Origin: an uncultured Fluviicola sp.
GTDB lineage: Bacteria; Bacteroidota; Bacteroidia; Flavobacteriales_D; Crocinitomicaceae
Reading direction: 5' to 3'
DNA length: 64,000 bases
NCBI GenBank assembly: GCA_964643345.1
Contig: CAZXRU010000013.1
Location: 13,449 to 77,448, forward strand
In this document: piece by piece, positions 1 through 9,766 of the stretch
Numbering within the stretch: the first letter of the stretch is position 1
Layout of the letters: each line of letters begins with the position of its first letter
Notes under the pieces: model-generated
Databases searched by the model: none
Told to the model about the DNA's origin: nothing
Seen by the model: only the letters and a program-made list of their open reading frames with translations
Position numbers and translations under genes: made by a program

Positions 1-264
1 TTCCGAGTGCAGGTGTTTTTTGATTCAGATAAATCGAAAGTAAATGCTGCGCGTAGTCAGGTGATTGCGAAGTTTCCAAAAACGGACACCTATGTGACAT
101 CGAACATGCCGAATTTTGTATTAAAAGTTGGTGACTTCAGAACCCGTATGGAAGCGGAAAGAGTAAAGGCGGAATTGGAAGCAGAATTTCCGACCAGTTT
201 TATTGTCGCAGAAAAAGTGTACCTACCACGTCTCCAACGAGAGGATGACGAGGAATCAAAATGA
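1..264 (+). CDS. SPOR domain-containing protein, C-terminal fragment (5' end upstream of window)
   Basis: Frame 1 is open from base 1 (FRVQVFFDSDKSK...). The pattern RVQV...FVLKVGDFRTRMEAERVKAELE resembles the SPOR peptidoglycan-binding repeat. The stop TGA at 262-264 overlaps the next ATG (ATGA). Confidence 0.6.
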   Translation, partial: FRVQVFFDSDKSKVNAARSQVIAKFPKTDTYVTSNMPNFVLKVGDFRTRMEAERVKAELEAEFPTSFIVAEKVYLPRLQREDDEESK

Positions 265-674
265 TAACAAACAGTTTAAGATTGGGCGATTATAAATTAG
301 ACAAAAGCTACAAACTGTGCAGTAAACGTGTTATCGATGACCTTTTTGTTTCAGGTACCACGGTAAAGTCCTATCCTTACATTGCAATTATTAAACCAGT
401 AGAATTTTCAAACAAAAGAAGTTTTAACATCGTCTTTTCTGCACCTAAAAGGACTTTTAAAAAAGCATATCAACGCAATAGAATCAAACGCATCTGCAAA
501 GAAGCCGTGCGATTAAATAAATCCATTTTAGAAGAGTACTTAACTGAAAATGGAATTCAATTAGCTGTCTTTTTAGTATATTCCGCCAAAGAAGAGCTAG
601 ATCACCAGCAATTAAACAAAAAAACGATAAAATTGTTCAACGAAATAACAACAACGCTCCATGCTAAGAAGTAA
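261..674 (+). CDS. rnpA: Ribonuclease P protein component
   Basis: 137-aa basic protein. FSAPKRTFKKAYQRNRIKRICKEAVR matches the RNase P protein RNR motif (A-x2-RNR-hKR-x2-EA). It has a 4-nt overlap with the upstream gene. Confidence 0.85.
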   Translation: MITNSLRLGDYKLDKSYKLCSKRVIDDLFVSGTTVKSYPYIAIIKPVEFSNKRSFNIVFSAPKRTFKKAYQRNRIKRICKEAVRLNKSILEEYLTENGIQLAVFLVYSAKEELDHQQLNKKTIKLFNEITTTLHAKK

Positions 675-2310
675 CATATTCAATTCCCTTCGCTCACTTG
701 TAGTTGGGCTTCTATTATTGACTGCATTCAGTTCAACTTCTCAATCCAACAATTTTGAAGTCATTCGGAGTTTAGAGCAACTAGATCAAATCTATGAGCA
801 TTTGGAAAAGTACTATGTCGATGACATTAAAACAGGCAATCTGTCAAAAGTCGCATTTGATGCAATGTTGCGCGAGTTGGATCCTTATACCGTCTATTAC
901 CACGAATCAAATATTGAAGATTACCAATTAATGACGACAGGTCAGTACGGAGGGATCGGTGCGTTGATTCGAAAAAAAGACGAGTTCGTGTACATTGCTG
1001 AACCATACGAAGGAAATCCAGCAGCAAATTCAGGGTTAAAAGCTGGAGATAAAATACTATCCATTGATGGAAAGTCAATGGAATCGAAATCTTCAGAAGA
1101 TGTGTCAAATGCATTGAAAGGACCGAAAGGGACAACTATAAAAGTCGAAGTGGAACGTATCAACGGTGAGCAAAAAACGATCTCTGTCACCCGCGATGAA
1201 ATTAAACTACCTGATGTTCCTTATTCAGGAATGCTTTCAGAAAAAGTGGGCTATATCAAATTGAATAGCTTTACTCGTACCGCATCTTCTGATGTGAAAT
1301 TGGCTTTTAATGGATTGAAATCTGAAGGAATGGAATCCCTTATTCTTGATTTACGAGGAAACGGTGGTGGTTTGCTGGTAGAAGCAGTTCGAATTGTCAA
1401 TATGTTTGTTCCTGCTAATCAAGTGGTTGTCACCACCCAAGGAAGAATTGCAGAGGAAAATAAAGTGTATAAGACCACAGAACAACCTGTCGATCTTACA
1501 ATTCCGATCGTAGTTTTAGTAGATGAAGGGTCTGCATCTGCAAGTGAAATCGTTTCTGGAAGTTTGCAAGATCTAGACAGAGCTGTTGTCATTGGTCAGC
1601 GAACGTTTGGCAAAGGATTGGTTCAACGCACCTATGATTTAGATTATGGAGCGAAAATCAAGTTGACAATAGCCAAGTACTACACGCCATCTGGTCGATG
1701 CGTGCAGCGATTGGAATACTACGATAAAATGGACGATGCCGATGTATCAGAAATTCCAGATTCTTTGGTGAAAATATTCAAAACGAAAAACGGAAGAGAT
1801 GTAATTGACGGTCGTGGTATTGAACCAGACGTTCTTGTAGAAGAAAAAGAACTGAGTAGATTAGGGATGACGCTTGTACAAAACAGCTTTTTCTTTGATT
1901 ACGCCACTCGTTTTTATTATGATCACCCTGAAATTAGTGACGCAAAATCGTTTAGCCTTACGGATCAACAATACGAAGATTTCAAAACCTATGTTCTGGG
2001 AGAAACGTTTGAATATTCAACAGCGACCGAAGAAATGTTGAAGCTTATGCGTGAAACAGCCGAAGAAGAAGGGTTCTACACGGATGCCGAAAAGGAGTAC
2101 GAAGCATTGATGTCGCGTGTTGTACCTTCCAAAGAAAGAGATCTAGACAAGTTCAAACCACAGATCAAATCCATTCTTGAAAATGAAATAGTATCAAGGT
2201 ATTATTACCAAAAAGGAAGAGCTGAATATTCATTTAGAGAAGACGATTCAGTGATTGAATCGTTGAATGTGTTAAAAGATATTTCAAAGTACAATACTAT
2301 ACTGAAATAA
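661..2310 (+). CDS. S41 family C-terminal processing (tail-specific) peptidase
   Basis: 549 aa with an N-terminal hydrophobic signal/anchor. PDZ-like segment GGIGALI...GLKAGDKILSIDG, LDLRGNGGG, catalytic Ser context VLVDEGSASASEI and Lys context GQRTFGKGLVQ. Overlaps rnpA by 14 nt. Confidence 0.9.
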   Translation: MLRSNIFNSLRSLVVGLLLLTAFSSTSQSNNFEVIRSLEQLDQIYEHLEKYYVDDIKTGNLSKVAFDAMLRELDPYTVYYHESNIEDYQLMTTGQYGGIGALIRKKDEFVYIAEPYEGNPAANSGLKAGDKILSIDGKSMESKSSEDVSNALKGPKGTTIKVEVERINGEQKTISVTRDEIKLPDVPYSGMLSEKVGYIKLNSFTRTASSDVKLAFNGLKSEGMESLILDLRGNGGGLLVEAVRIVNMFVPANQVVVTTQGRIAEENKVYKTTEQPVDLTIPIVVLVDEGSASASEIVSGSLQDLDRAVVIGQRTFGKGLVQRTYDLDYGAKIKLTIAKYYTPSGRCVQRLEYYDKMDDADVSEIPDSLVKIFKTKNGRDVIDGRGIEPDVLVEEKELSRLGMTLVQNSFFFDYATRFYYDHPEISDAKSFSLTDQQYEDFKTYVLGETFEYSTATEEMLKLMRETAEEEGFYTDAEKEYEALMSRVVPSKERDLDKFKPQIKSILENEIVSRYYYQKGRAEYSFREDDSVIESLNVLKDISKYNTILK

Positions 2311-2347
2311 TCTTCGTTTAACCGAAAAACAAACTATTTCTACTAGC

Positions 2348-3874
2348 ATGCTCGACCGTGTATTCGGATTTAATGTACATGCACAACTTCAAGCATTTGG
2401 ATTGTGCATACTAGCCATTGGCATTCCTTTGAATAAGGTCGTAATGTCCTCCGCTATGGTCTTCTTAGCGTTAAACTTTGTGCTGGAAGGGGATTATAAA
2501 GCCAAAATTACACGACTTTTCAGTTCAACCCCATTTTTGTTAATTACCGCTTTTTTTCTATTGCACCTCATCGGCTTACTTTGGACAACAAACTTTGATT
2601 ACGCATGGCACGACATCAGGGTTAAGCTCCCCTTCTTCATTGTTCCGCTAATATTGATCGCACAGCCAATTAAAAATAAAAAACACCTGTACTATGTACT
2701 AATTGCGTTTATTGTTAGCACAGTTATTACCTCACTAATAAACATTGTACTTTATCAGGACTGGTTAGACTCGCACGAAAGTGTCGATATTCGTGAATTG
2801 TCATTTTTTGGTTCACACATCCGCTATGCGTTGATCATCACCATGTGTATTGCAATTTCCTTTTACTTTCTTCGCTACAAAAAATTTCGTTGGATCAACA
2901 TTGTCCTGATAGGCTGGTTTGCATTTTACACCTTCTACTCACAAGTTATTTCAGGTGTATTAACACTTGTAGCCATTTCTAGTTTTTACGGTATTTATTT
3001 GATTTGGACAAAATGGAAGGTGTTTGCTATTCTGTCATCAGCAATTCTGTTGAGTGCATTCGTTGGAATTTTGTATTGGATCTTCACCCCCATCACCATT
3101 GATATAAACGATTATCAAAATTTACCTGTTACTACTATTGAAGGTAACGAATATACCCATGAATTTGATATGGTTACACCAGAAACAAGGGAACCGACAC
3201 ATATCTACATCTGTGAAAAAGAACTCGCACGAGATTGGCCAAATTACTCTTCGCTCCCCTATGAAGGTCTGGATTTAAAAGGACAACCGCTGAAAAAAAC
3301 AATCATACGTTTTCTGTCCTCAAAGCAACTTCGAAAGGATGCAGAAGGATTAAGTCAGCTTACCCCTAAAGAAATTAGAGATATTGAATTGGGAAAGGCA
3401 AGTACCATTAGCAATGGAATTATGGCGCGCATTTATGGTTTACAATATCAGTTGAACAATGCACAATCCCCTAATAATCACTCGTTGTTAGAACGTATTG
3501 AATACTGGAAAACGGGTGGTTCCATTTTTAAGGAAAACTGGATCATTGGCGTTGGCACTGGCGACGTTCAAGATGCCTTTAACAAAACGTACGAAGAGCA
3601 AAACTCACTGCTAGAGGTCGAAAACAGGCATCGTGCGCATAACATGTTTTTAACCGTTGCGATTTCATTTGGGGTTGTAGGTTTAATTCTTTTCTGCTGG
3701 ATGCTTTATTCTTTTCTTTCCTTTAACATAAAACAAGAACAACTCATTGGTGTACTTTTCATGGTGATCTGCATTGTTTCATTTCTACCCGAGGATACAC
3801 TCGAAACACAGACAGGCGTCACGTTCTTTGGTCTGTTTTATGGCCTATTCGCTCAAAAAACACCCGAGGCATAA
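2348..3874 (+). CDS. O-antigen ligase/polymerase-like (Wzy_C-type) integral membrane protein
   Basis: 508 aa with about 10 or more hydrophobic helices and a large soluble loop (about residues 245-400). The NRHRAHNMFLTV motif is typical of the O-antigen ligase family loop. Confidence 0.6.
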   Translation: MLDRVFGFNVHAQLQAFGLCILAIGIPLNKVVMSSAMVFLALNFVLEGDYKAKITRLFSSTPFLLITAFFLLHLIGLLWTTNFDYAWHDIRVKLPFFIVPLILIAQPIKNKKHLYYVLIAFIVSTVITSLINIVLYQDWLDSHESVDIRELSFFGSHIRYALIITMCIAISFYFLRYKKFRWINIVLIGWFAFYTFYSQVISGVLTLVAISSFYGIYLIWTKWKVFAILSSAILLSAFVGILYWIFTPITIDINDYQNLPVTTIEGNEYTHEFDMVTPETREPTHIYICEKELARDWPNYSSLPYEGLDLKGQPLKKTIIRFLSSKQLRKDAEGLSQLTPKEIRDIELGKASTISNGIMARIYGLQYQLNNAQSPNNHSLLERIEYWKTGGSIFKENWIIGVGTGDVQDAFNKTYEEQNSLLEVENRHRAHNMFLTVAISFGVVGLILFCWMLYSFLSFNIKQEQLIGVLFMVICIVSFLPEDTLETQTGVTFFGLFYGLFAQKTPEA

Positions 3875-3917
3875 GTAATAGCACGTACTAAAGAACGACT
3901 TAGGTATACAAAAGTGT

Positions 3918-3925
3918 TATCTTTG
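3918..3925 (+). promoter_or_regulatory. Candidate Bacteroidota -7 promoter box TATCTTTG upstream of mgtE
   Basis: Exact match to the TAnnTTTG consensus, 14 nt before the ATG at 3940. This implies a very short leader. Confidence 0.4.
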
Positions 3926-3939
3926 CACAAAACTTCATC

Positions 3940-5292
3940 ATGCAGTTTGAGTTAACAAAGGAATATCTTGAGGCGTTAAGCCAGGCGATTGAGCAGGAAA
4001 ACATGGATTGGATTGAATCCAATGTTTTTGAGCTTCACTATGCCGATATCGCAGGTGTTATTTGTGAACTCGATCGTCCGGATGCCATTCATCTCTATCA
4101 GCTTCTCAACGAAGATATCCAAGGTGATATTTTGATGGAATTGGATGAAGACTTGCGAGAGTCGATCATCAAATCGTTTTCTACGAAAGAAATTGCTGAA
4201 CAACTCGAGTTACTAGATTCAGATGATGCTGCCGATTTAATCAGTCAATTTTCGCCTGATCAAGTAGAAGAAATTATTGCACAAATAAGCGATAGTGAAG
4301 CTGCTGATGATATTGTGGATCTGTTAAATTACGACAGCGACACGGCGGGTGGTTTGATGCAGAAGGAATTTGTACAAGCCAAAATTGACTGGCCTGTAAA
4401 CCGATGTATTGTTGAACTTCGTCGACAAGCGGAAAATGTAGAAAAAATCCACACGATTTATGTTGTTGATGATAGAGATCGATTGCTTGGTTTTTTATCA
4501 CTAAAAAGTTTGTTGTTTGCTAGTCCATCGACGAAAATCAAGGATTTATATAATGATAAAAATGTCATTTCTGTTAAAACCAGCGCTGACAATGAAGAGG
4601 TAGCTAAAATCATGGAAAAGTATGATTTGGTTTCCGTTCCTGTCGTTGATGTACAAAATAAATTGGTCGGTCGAATTACGATTGATGACGTTGTAGACGT
4701 CATTATGGACGAAGCGGAAAAAGATTTCCAGCTGGCATCTGGTATTTCCGAGCGTATTGAATCAAACTTTAGCGTTTGGAGAATTACACGAGCGCGAATT
4801 CCCTGGTTGTTAATCGCCATGCTAGGTGGAACCTTAGGCGCACAAGTCATTGCTAAATTTGAAGGTGGAATTAGTCAAGTTCCTGCACTGGCATTCTTTA
4901 TTCCACTTATCACAGCGATGGGCGGAAATGTGGGGGTTCAGTCTTCGGCGATTGTCGTTCAGTCTTTGGCAAAAAACTCCAACCCATTCGGCAGTATTCT
5001 GCAAAAATTGGGGAAAGAAGCCTTGGTTGCATTGGTAAATGGAGTTCTTCTTTCTTCGCTGATCTACGGCGTAGCGCATTATTTCGACAGTGGAACACTT
5101 GGTCTAGTCGTTAGTATCTCCTTGTTCGCAGTAATTATTTTTGCCGCTATCTTCGGAACATTCATTCCCCTCGTTCTCAATCACTATAAAATAGATCCGG
5201 CATTAGCAACGGGACCATTCGTAACTACATTGAATGACATCGTCGGTTTGTTCATCTATTTTACCGTTGGAACCATTCTTTACCAGTTATAA
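3940..5292 (+). CDS. mgtE: Magnesium transporter MgtE
   Basis: 450 aa with an acidic MgtE N-domain, tandem CBS region (IYVVDDRDRLLGFLSL; VPVVDVQNKLVGRITIDDVVDV) and a 5-helix membrane domain carrying PLITAMGGNVGVQSS and GPFVTTLNDIVGL. Confidence 0.95.
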   Translation: MQFELTKEYLEALSQAIEQENMDWIESNVFELHYADIAGVICELDRPDAIHLYQLLNEDIQGDILMELDEDLRESIIKSFSTKEIAEQLELLDSDDAADLISQFSPDQVEEIIAQISDSEAADDIVDLLNYDSDTAGGLMQKEFVQAKIDWPVNRCIVELRRQAENVEKIHTIYVVDDRDRLLGFLSLKSLLFASPSTKIKDLYNDKNVISVKTSADNEEVAKIMEKYDLVSVPVVDVQNKLVGRITIDDVVDVIMDEAEKDFQLASGISERIESNFSVWRITRARIPWLLIAMLGGTLGAQVIAKFEGGISQVPALAFFIPLITAMGGNVGVQSSAIVVQSLAKNSNPFGSILQKLGKEALVALVNGVLLSSLIYGVAHYFDSGTLGLVVSISLFAVIIFAAIFGTFIPLVLNHYKIDPALATGPFVTTLNDIVGLFIYFTVGTILYQL

Positions 5293-5304
5293 TTTTCATT
5301 TCGC

Positions 5305-6243
5305 ATGAAGGTTGTTTTTCTAGATACCGTACATCCCATACTTGAGCAGCGACTCACAGAAAAAGGTTTTACCTGTATTGATGCGACTCAAATTTCCCGT
5401 GAAGAAATCCTCCCACTGCTCAAAGAAGCTGAGGGGATCGTTATCCGTTCACGTTTTTCGATGGATGCGCGTTTTTTAGAAAATGCTCCTCAATTAAAGT
5501 TTATTGCGCGTTCTGGAGCGGGAATGGAAAACATCGATGAGGAATATTGCGCAAAGCGCCAAATAACCTTGCTAAACGCACCTGAGGGCAATCGTAATGC
5601 AGTCGCAGAGCATGCACTTGGTATGTTGCTTGCACTCTTCAATAAGTTGATCTCAGCGGATGCTGATGTAAGAAAAGGAAACTGGAACCGAGAGACACAT
5701 CGCGGAATTGAGCTAGATGGAAAAACTGTTGGAATTATTGGGTTTGGAAACAACGGTTCTGCATTTGCCAAAAAACTACGTGGATTTGATGTCAACGTGC
5801 TTGCATATGACAAGTATAAACATGGTTTTGGCAATCAATTTATCAAAGAGTCAAGCCTGGAAGAAATTTTTGAAAAAGCGGATGTTGTGAGTTTTCACAT
5901 TCCTCAAAATGAAGAAACACTCTTCATGGCAAACGATGCTTTCTTTTCAGAGTTTAAAAAGTCCATTTACCTCATCAACTTATCTCGAGGGAAAATTGTT
6001 CAGACATCCGCACTAGTTAAAGCACTAAAGAATGAAAAAGTGCTTGGTGCCTGTCTTGATGTATTGGAATATGAAAAATCGAGCTTTGAATCGTTTTTTG
6101 AGCAAGAGCTACCAGCAGATTTCAACTATATTTTGACTTCTGATAAAACGATCTTGTCACCACATGTCGGTGGGTGGACTGATGAAAGCTATTTCAAATT
6201 GAGTGATGTTTTAGCAGATAAGATTTTGCAATCCTCTTGGTGA
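5305..6243 (+). CDS. D-isomer-specific 2-hydroxyacid dehydrogenase family protein (phosphoglycerate dehydrogenase-like)
   Basis: 312 aa. Rossmann motif GIIGFGNNGSAFAKKL, LINLSRG, LDVLEYE and catalytic His context SPHVGGWT. Lies 12 nt after mgtE, so it is probably co-transcribed. Confidence 0.85.
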   Translation: MKVVFLDTVHPILEQRLTEKGFTCIDATQISREEILPLLKEAEGIVIRSRFSMDARFLENAPQLKFIARSGAGMENIDEEYCAKRQITLLNAPEGNRNAVAEHALGMLLALFNKLISADADVRKGNWNRETHRGIELDGKTVGIIGFGNNGSAFAKKLRGFDVNVLAYDKYKHGFGNQFIKESSLEEIFEKADVVSFHIPQNEETLFMANDAFFSEFKKSIYLINLSRGKIVQTSALVKALKNEKVLGACLDVLEYEKSSFESFFEQELPADFNYILTSDKTILSPHVGGWTDESYFKLSDVLADKILQSSW

Positions 6244-6399
6244 AAAAGACCGAATTATCGAAACCAATACACTTTAATCTTACTATTTTTTCCCTCATTA
6301 GGATTTTATATGTCTACCTGAATCATTAAACAAACTAACTCTTCATCGTTTAGCAGTTAACCAGTACAGTAGCATTGGGCAACTATAGGGATTTGAATT

Positions 6400-6428
6400 T
6401 GTGAAAGATTTTCACTAAATTTAGTGAA
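6400..6428. promoter_or_regulatory. Overlapping palindromes (candidate operator) upstream of the T9SS cargo gene
   Basis: GTGAAAGATTTTCAC (6401-6415, 6-bp arms) overlaps the perfect 16-bp palindrome TCACTAAATTTAGTGA (6412-6427). This gives three GTGAA/TTCAC half-sites 22-50 bp before the ATG at 6450. Confidence 0.35.
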
Positions 6429-6449
6429 TCAACTTCTAACAAAAAAATT

Positions 6450-8720
6450 ATGAAAAATTATCTACTTGGTTTGTCCTTACTGACATTTTTCGGAGTACAT
6501 GGACAGAGCGGTTCTGTTACACTCAACGACGGAATGGGTGCCCAGCTTAGCAGTCATGCTTCTATCGCCGAAGCGTATGCAGCGATACCAGCCACGCTAA
6601 CGCAGGCATACATTATAGAGATCAGCGATTTGTATTTGGGAAGTTCCGAAACTTACCCTATCATCTTCGGATTAAAAACCGGAGCAAGTACATCCAATAC
6701 AATAACTTTAAGACCCGCAGCAGGATCCACTTCGGCTACAATTGCAGGAAACAGTAGCGGGAGTTCCGTTTTACGACTCGATGATGCGGATTATGTAATT
6801 ATTGATGGTCGCCCTGGAGGTCAAGGAACAACAGGAAGTCTTAGTATAAGCAATTCAGGAACCACCTCGAGTAGTAATACTATCGAAATGGTGAATGGCG
6901 CTTGTTTTAATGAAGTGCGCTACTGTGACGTGCTGAATGCAACAACGTCAAGCGCGGGCAGAAATATCTTATTTGGAACATCAGCATCGAACACGAGTGG
7001 AAACTCGGATAACCTTATTGAATATTGCCATTTCCCTTCGGGACGTTACCGGATCAATTCAAGCGGCACAGTTGCTAATCCTAACACCCGTAATATGATT
7101 CGCACGAGCTCTTTTGAAAACATGACTTTTGTTGGATTCTGGGGACAAAACGGAACCGGAAAAGTGACAATCGACTCCTGTACTTTTTACGGAACTACCG
7201 CATCTGGAAGTGGGCTGTTCTTTGGAATCCTTTTCGATTCTCAGAATGATACGACAGTTATTTCAAATAATTACATGTATGACATGCAGAATGCAAGTTC
7301 AGGCAATATCCGATATATTCATATCCGATCGACAGCAGCCGGAAACACGAATCTGACGTACATTTATAATAACATGCTTAGTATTAATGAGGGAAATGCA
7401 ATTAATACAAATGTCGTCGGAATCGAATACAGCGGAAGTAATCCTTCGAACGGGAAAATTGTAAATAATTCCATATATGTCGGCGGGGTTTTAACTTCGG
7501 CGGGAACATCTGGAGCCGTAGCTTCAGCTGGAATTACCATCAATACGTCCTCTGCAGTATCCACTTATGAGATTAAAAATAATTTGGTCACCAATCAGCG
7601 AACGGGAGGGACAGGAGTGCAACACGTAGCTTATTATGCTCAGCAGACAGCCCCTGTGATTGATGCAGATTACAATTCCTATAGCGCCGGTTCGGGAGAA
7701 CTCGTCCGCTATGGTGCCACGGTCTACAGTGACATTACACTATATCAGGCAGCTGTGAACCCAGCAGAAACAAATACCAATGATGTCCAGCCTAATTTCA
7801 TTTCGCTTACAGATCTTCATCTCGATGCTTCGGAAATTGGAAATACTTCTTTGCAAGGAATCATTATCCCCTACGTGACCACTGATATAGACAATGAACC
7901 CCGAATTTTCCCATATCGAGGAGCCGACGAGACAGCTAATAATGACTGCACAGGAACACCGGATGCTGGTTCAACAGTTGCCAGTGCAGACACACTTTGC
8001 ATGAATGATGCTTTTACGGTTTATGTAAACGGTTCGGATTTCGCTGGCATGGAATACCAATGGCAGATTTCTACAGATGGTATCAATTTTACAGACATCA
8101 TGGGTGCTATGGACACACTTTATAACGGAGCGCTTACGCAGACCACTTATTACCGATGCATGGTTACCTGTGTTAATTCTGGAGATTCGGACAGCTCGGA
8201 TGCCGTGGTAATCGTTATGCTACCTGCACCTTCGGGTGGAACCATCAGTGCCACTCAGGCAGCATATACCTTTGATTTTTCGATAAGCGGAATGAGTGGA
8301 TCATATAGTTATGCATGGGATTTCGGTGACGGCGGCACTTCAACCGACGCGACACCTTCTCACACCTATGGCGCAAGTGGTTCGTATCCTGTTCAGGTAA
8401 TAATTTCAAACGATTGCGATTCAGACACCCTAGAATATTCGGTTGTTATCACCCTCGGACTGACGTCATTTGACAATAGCTATGGTTTCGGACTTTATCC
8501 GAATCCGGTAGATCAAGAGTTAAACCTGTCAGCACTGAATTATGATGAATTGGTTTCCATCACGTTAACCGATTTGTCTGGGAAAACGTACAAAACCTGG
8601 AGCAATGTTCAACTACCTGTAACTCTTCCACTCGAAAACTTGCATCTGGCACCGGGAATCTATCTCGTGAAAATTTTCAACGGTGAAGTGAATTCCTTAT
8701 TGAGATTCCAGAAAAGATAA
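6450..8720 (+). CDS. Secreted beta-helix/PKD-domain protein with T9SS type-A C-terminal sorting domain
   Basis: 756 aa with a signal peptide and a Ser/Thr/Asn/Gly-rich repetitive N-half suggestive of a parallel beta-helix. PKD-like module (YAWDFGDGGTSTDATPSHTYGASGSYPVQV). C-terminal LYPNPVDQELNL...GIYLVKI is typical of type-A CTDs. Confidence 0.8.
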   Translation: MKNYLLGLSLLTFFGVHGQSGSVTLNDGMGAQLSSHASIAEAYAAIPATLTQAYIIEISDLYLGSSETYPIIFGLKTGASTSNTITLRPAAGSTSATIAGNSSGSSVLRLDDADYVIIDGRPGGQGTTGSLSISNSGTTSSSNTIEMVNGACFNEVRYCDVLNATTSSAGRNILFGTSASNTSGNSDNLIEYCHFPSGRYRINSSGTVANPNTRNMIRTSSFENMTFVGFWGQNGTGKVTIDSCTFYGTTASGSGLFFGILFDSQNDTTVISNNYMYDMQNASSGNIRYIHIRSTAAGNTNLTYIYNNMLSINEGNAINTNVVGIEYSGSNPSNGKIVNNSIYVGGVLTSAGTSGAVASAGITINTSSAVSTYEIKNNLVTNQRTGGTGVQHVAYYAQQTAPVIDADYNSYSAGSGELVRYGATVYSDITLYQAAVNPAETNTNDVQPNFISLTDLHLDASEIGNTSLQGIIIPYVTTDIDNEPRIFPYRGADETANNDCTGTPDAGSTVASADTLCMNDAFTVYVNGSDFAGMEYQWQISTDGINFTDIMGAMDTLYNGALTQTTYYRCMVTCVNSGDSDSSDAVVIVMLPAPSGGTISATQAAYTFDFSISGMSGSYSYAWDFGDGGTSTDATPSHTYGASGSYPVQVIISNDCDSDTLEYSVVITLGLTSFDNSYGFGLYPNPVDQELNLSALNYDELVSITLTDLSGKTYKTWSNVQLPVTLPLENLHLAPGIYLVKIFNGEVNSLLRFQKR

Positions 8721-8740
8721 TCGTATAAAATAAGTCACAA

Positions 8741-8773
8741 AGAGGGGGCAAAATCTGTCCCCTCTTTTATTTT
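8741..8773 (+). terminator. Rho-independent terminator
   Basis: AGAGGGG(8741-8747)...CCCCTCT(8759-8765) stem followed by TTTTATTTT, about 20 nt after the stop at 8720. Confidence 0.8.
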
Positions 8774-8916
8774 AAGATTATCAGGTAAGGGGCTATCATT
8801 CGAAGAGAAACCTTAAAATGTCCACTGAGATACAAAAAAGTACGTATCAAGCTTTTAAAGAAATTTGATTTCGGCGTTCCCTCCATTATCGAAAGCCAAA
8901 ATAGTGACGACTGGTT

Positions 8917-9765
8917 TTAACTAAGCCGCAACAAATTCCCGTAAAACAGCTCCTTTCCAGTTGTTGTTTTCATCCACAATTCTTTTACTTCAAAATCTCG
9001 TTTCTTAAAAACTCGATGCGACATTCTTTCGAGTGCCTTCAAATCGATGGTGGGAGAATAGGTGTTTAAAACAAGGAATCCTTTATGACCAATCAATTGA
9101 GAAGCATTTTTCAGTAACTCTTCCAATCGATCTTCCAATTTCCACTTTTCATTCTTAGCTCCAATTCCCCACGCAGGTGGATCCATTATGATTCCCGAAT
9201 AGTGTTTTCTTCGTTTTACTTCTCGTTCTGCGAACTTCAATGCGTCTTCATGCACCCATTTTATTCCTTCCAATTTGCTAGTCTCCATATTTTCCTTCGC
9301 CCAAGAAATCAATTGTTTCACAGAATCGCAGTGAATGGTTTCCGCTCCTGCCGACTTAGCCACAATAGATGCTGCACCCGTATAGGCGAAAAGATTTAGG
9401 AAGTTGCTTGCCGAAGAAAGATTGTTTTGAATGAAATCCCAATTAATGCGTTGTTCTGGAAACAAGCCTAGGTGCTTGAACTTAGTTATTTGTAGATTGA
9501 AGCGAAAGTCCTTGTAGCGAATTTGCCAATGCTTGGGCGCGTCCGATTTTAGTGCTTTCCAGACACCTGACTGGCTGCCTTTGGAAATAAATTCCCAATG
9601 CGCGAGCTTTCTCCACTCTTCAAACGGCTTTTCGGATTTAAAATAGGCTTGAACTTCTGGTCGAATGGTGTAAACCTCGCCCCAGCGTTCTAATTTAAGA
9701 CTTCCACCTGCATCAACAAGTTCGTAATCTTCCCAACCTGTTGTGTACAAACGGTTTTCTGACAT
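8917..9765 (-). CDS. Class I SAM-dependent methyltransferase (RlmI/RlmK-like Methyltrans_SAM type)
   Basis: Motif I LNLFAYTGAASI and motif IV IIMDPPAWG. I prefer the ATG at 9765 (MSENRLYTTGWEDY...) because the ORF-track start at 9795 would overlap the upstream gene by 29 nt. Confidence 0.75.
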   Translation of the reverse strand: MSENRLYTTGWEDYELVDAGGSLKLERWGEVYTIRPEVQAYFKSEKPFEEWRKLAHWEFISKGSQSGVWKALKSDAPKHWQIRYKDFRFNLQITKFKHLGLFPEQRINWDFIQNNLSSASNFLNLFAYTGAASIVAKSAGAETIHCDSVKQLISWAKENMETSKLEGIKWVHEDALKFAEREVKRRKHYSGIIMDPPAWGIGAKNEKWKLEDRLEELLKNASQLIGHKGFLVLNTYSPTIDLKALERMSHRVFKKRDFEVKELWMKTTTGKELFYGNLLRLS

Positions 9766-9766
9766 T

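Noticed and set aside
3875-3939. Possible Mg-sensing (M-box) riboswitch upstream of mgtE
   Set aside because: The gap is only 65 bp and a TATCTTTG promoter box lies 14 nt from the ATG. That leaves no room for a structured leader of about 160 nt.
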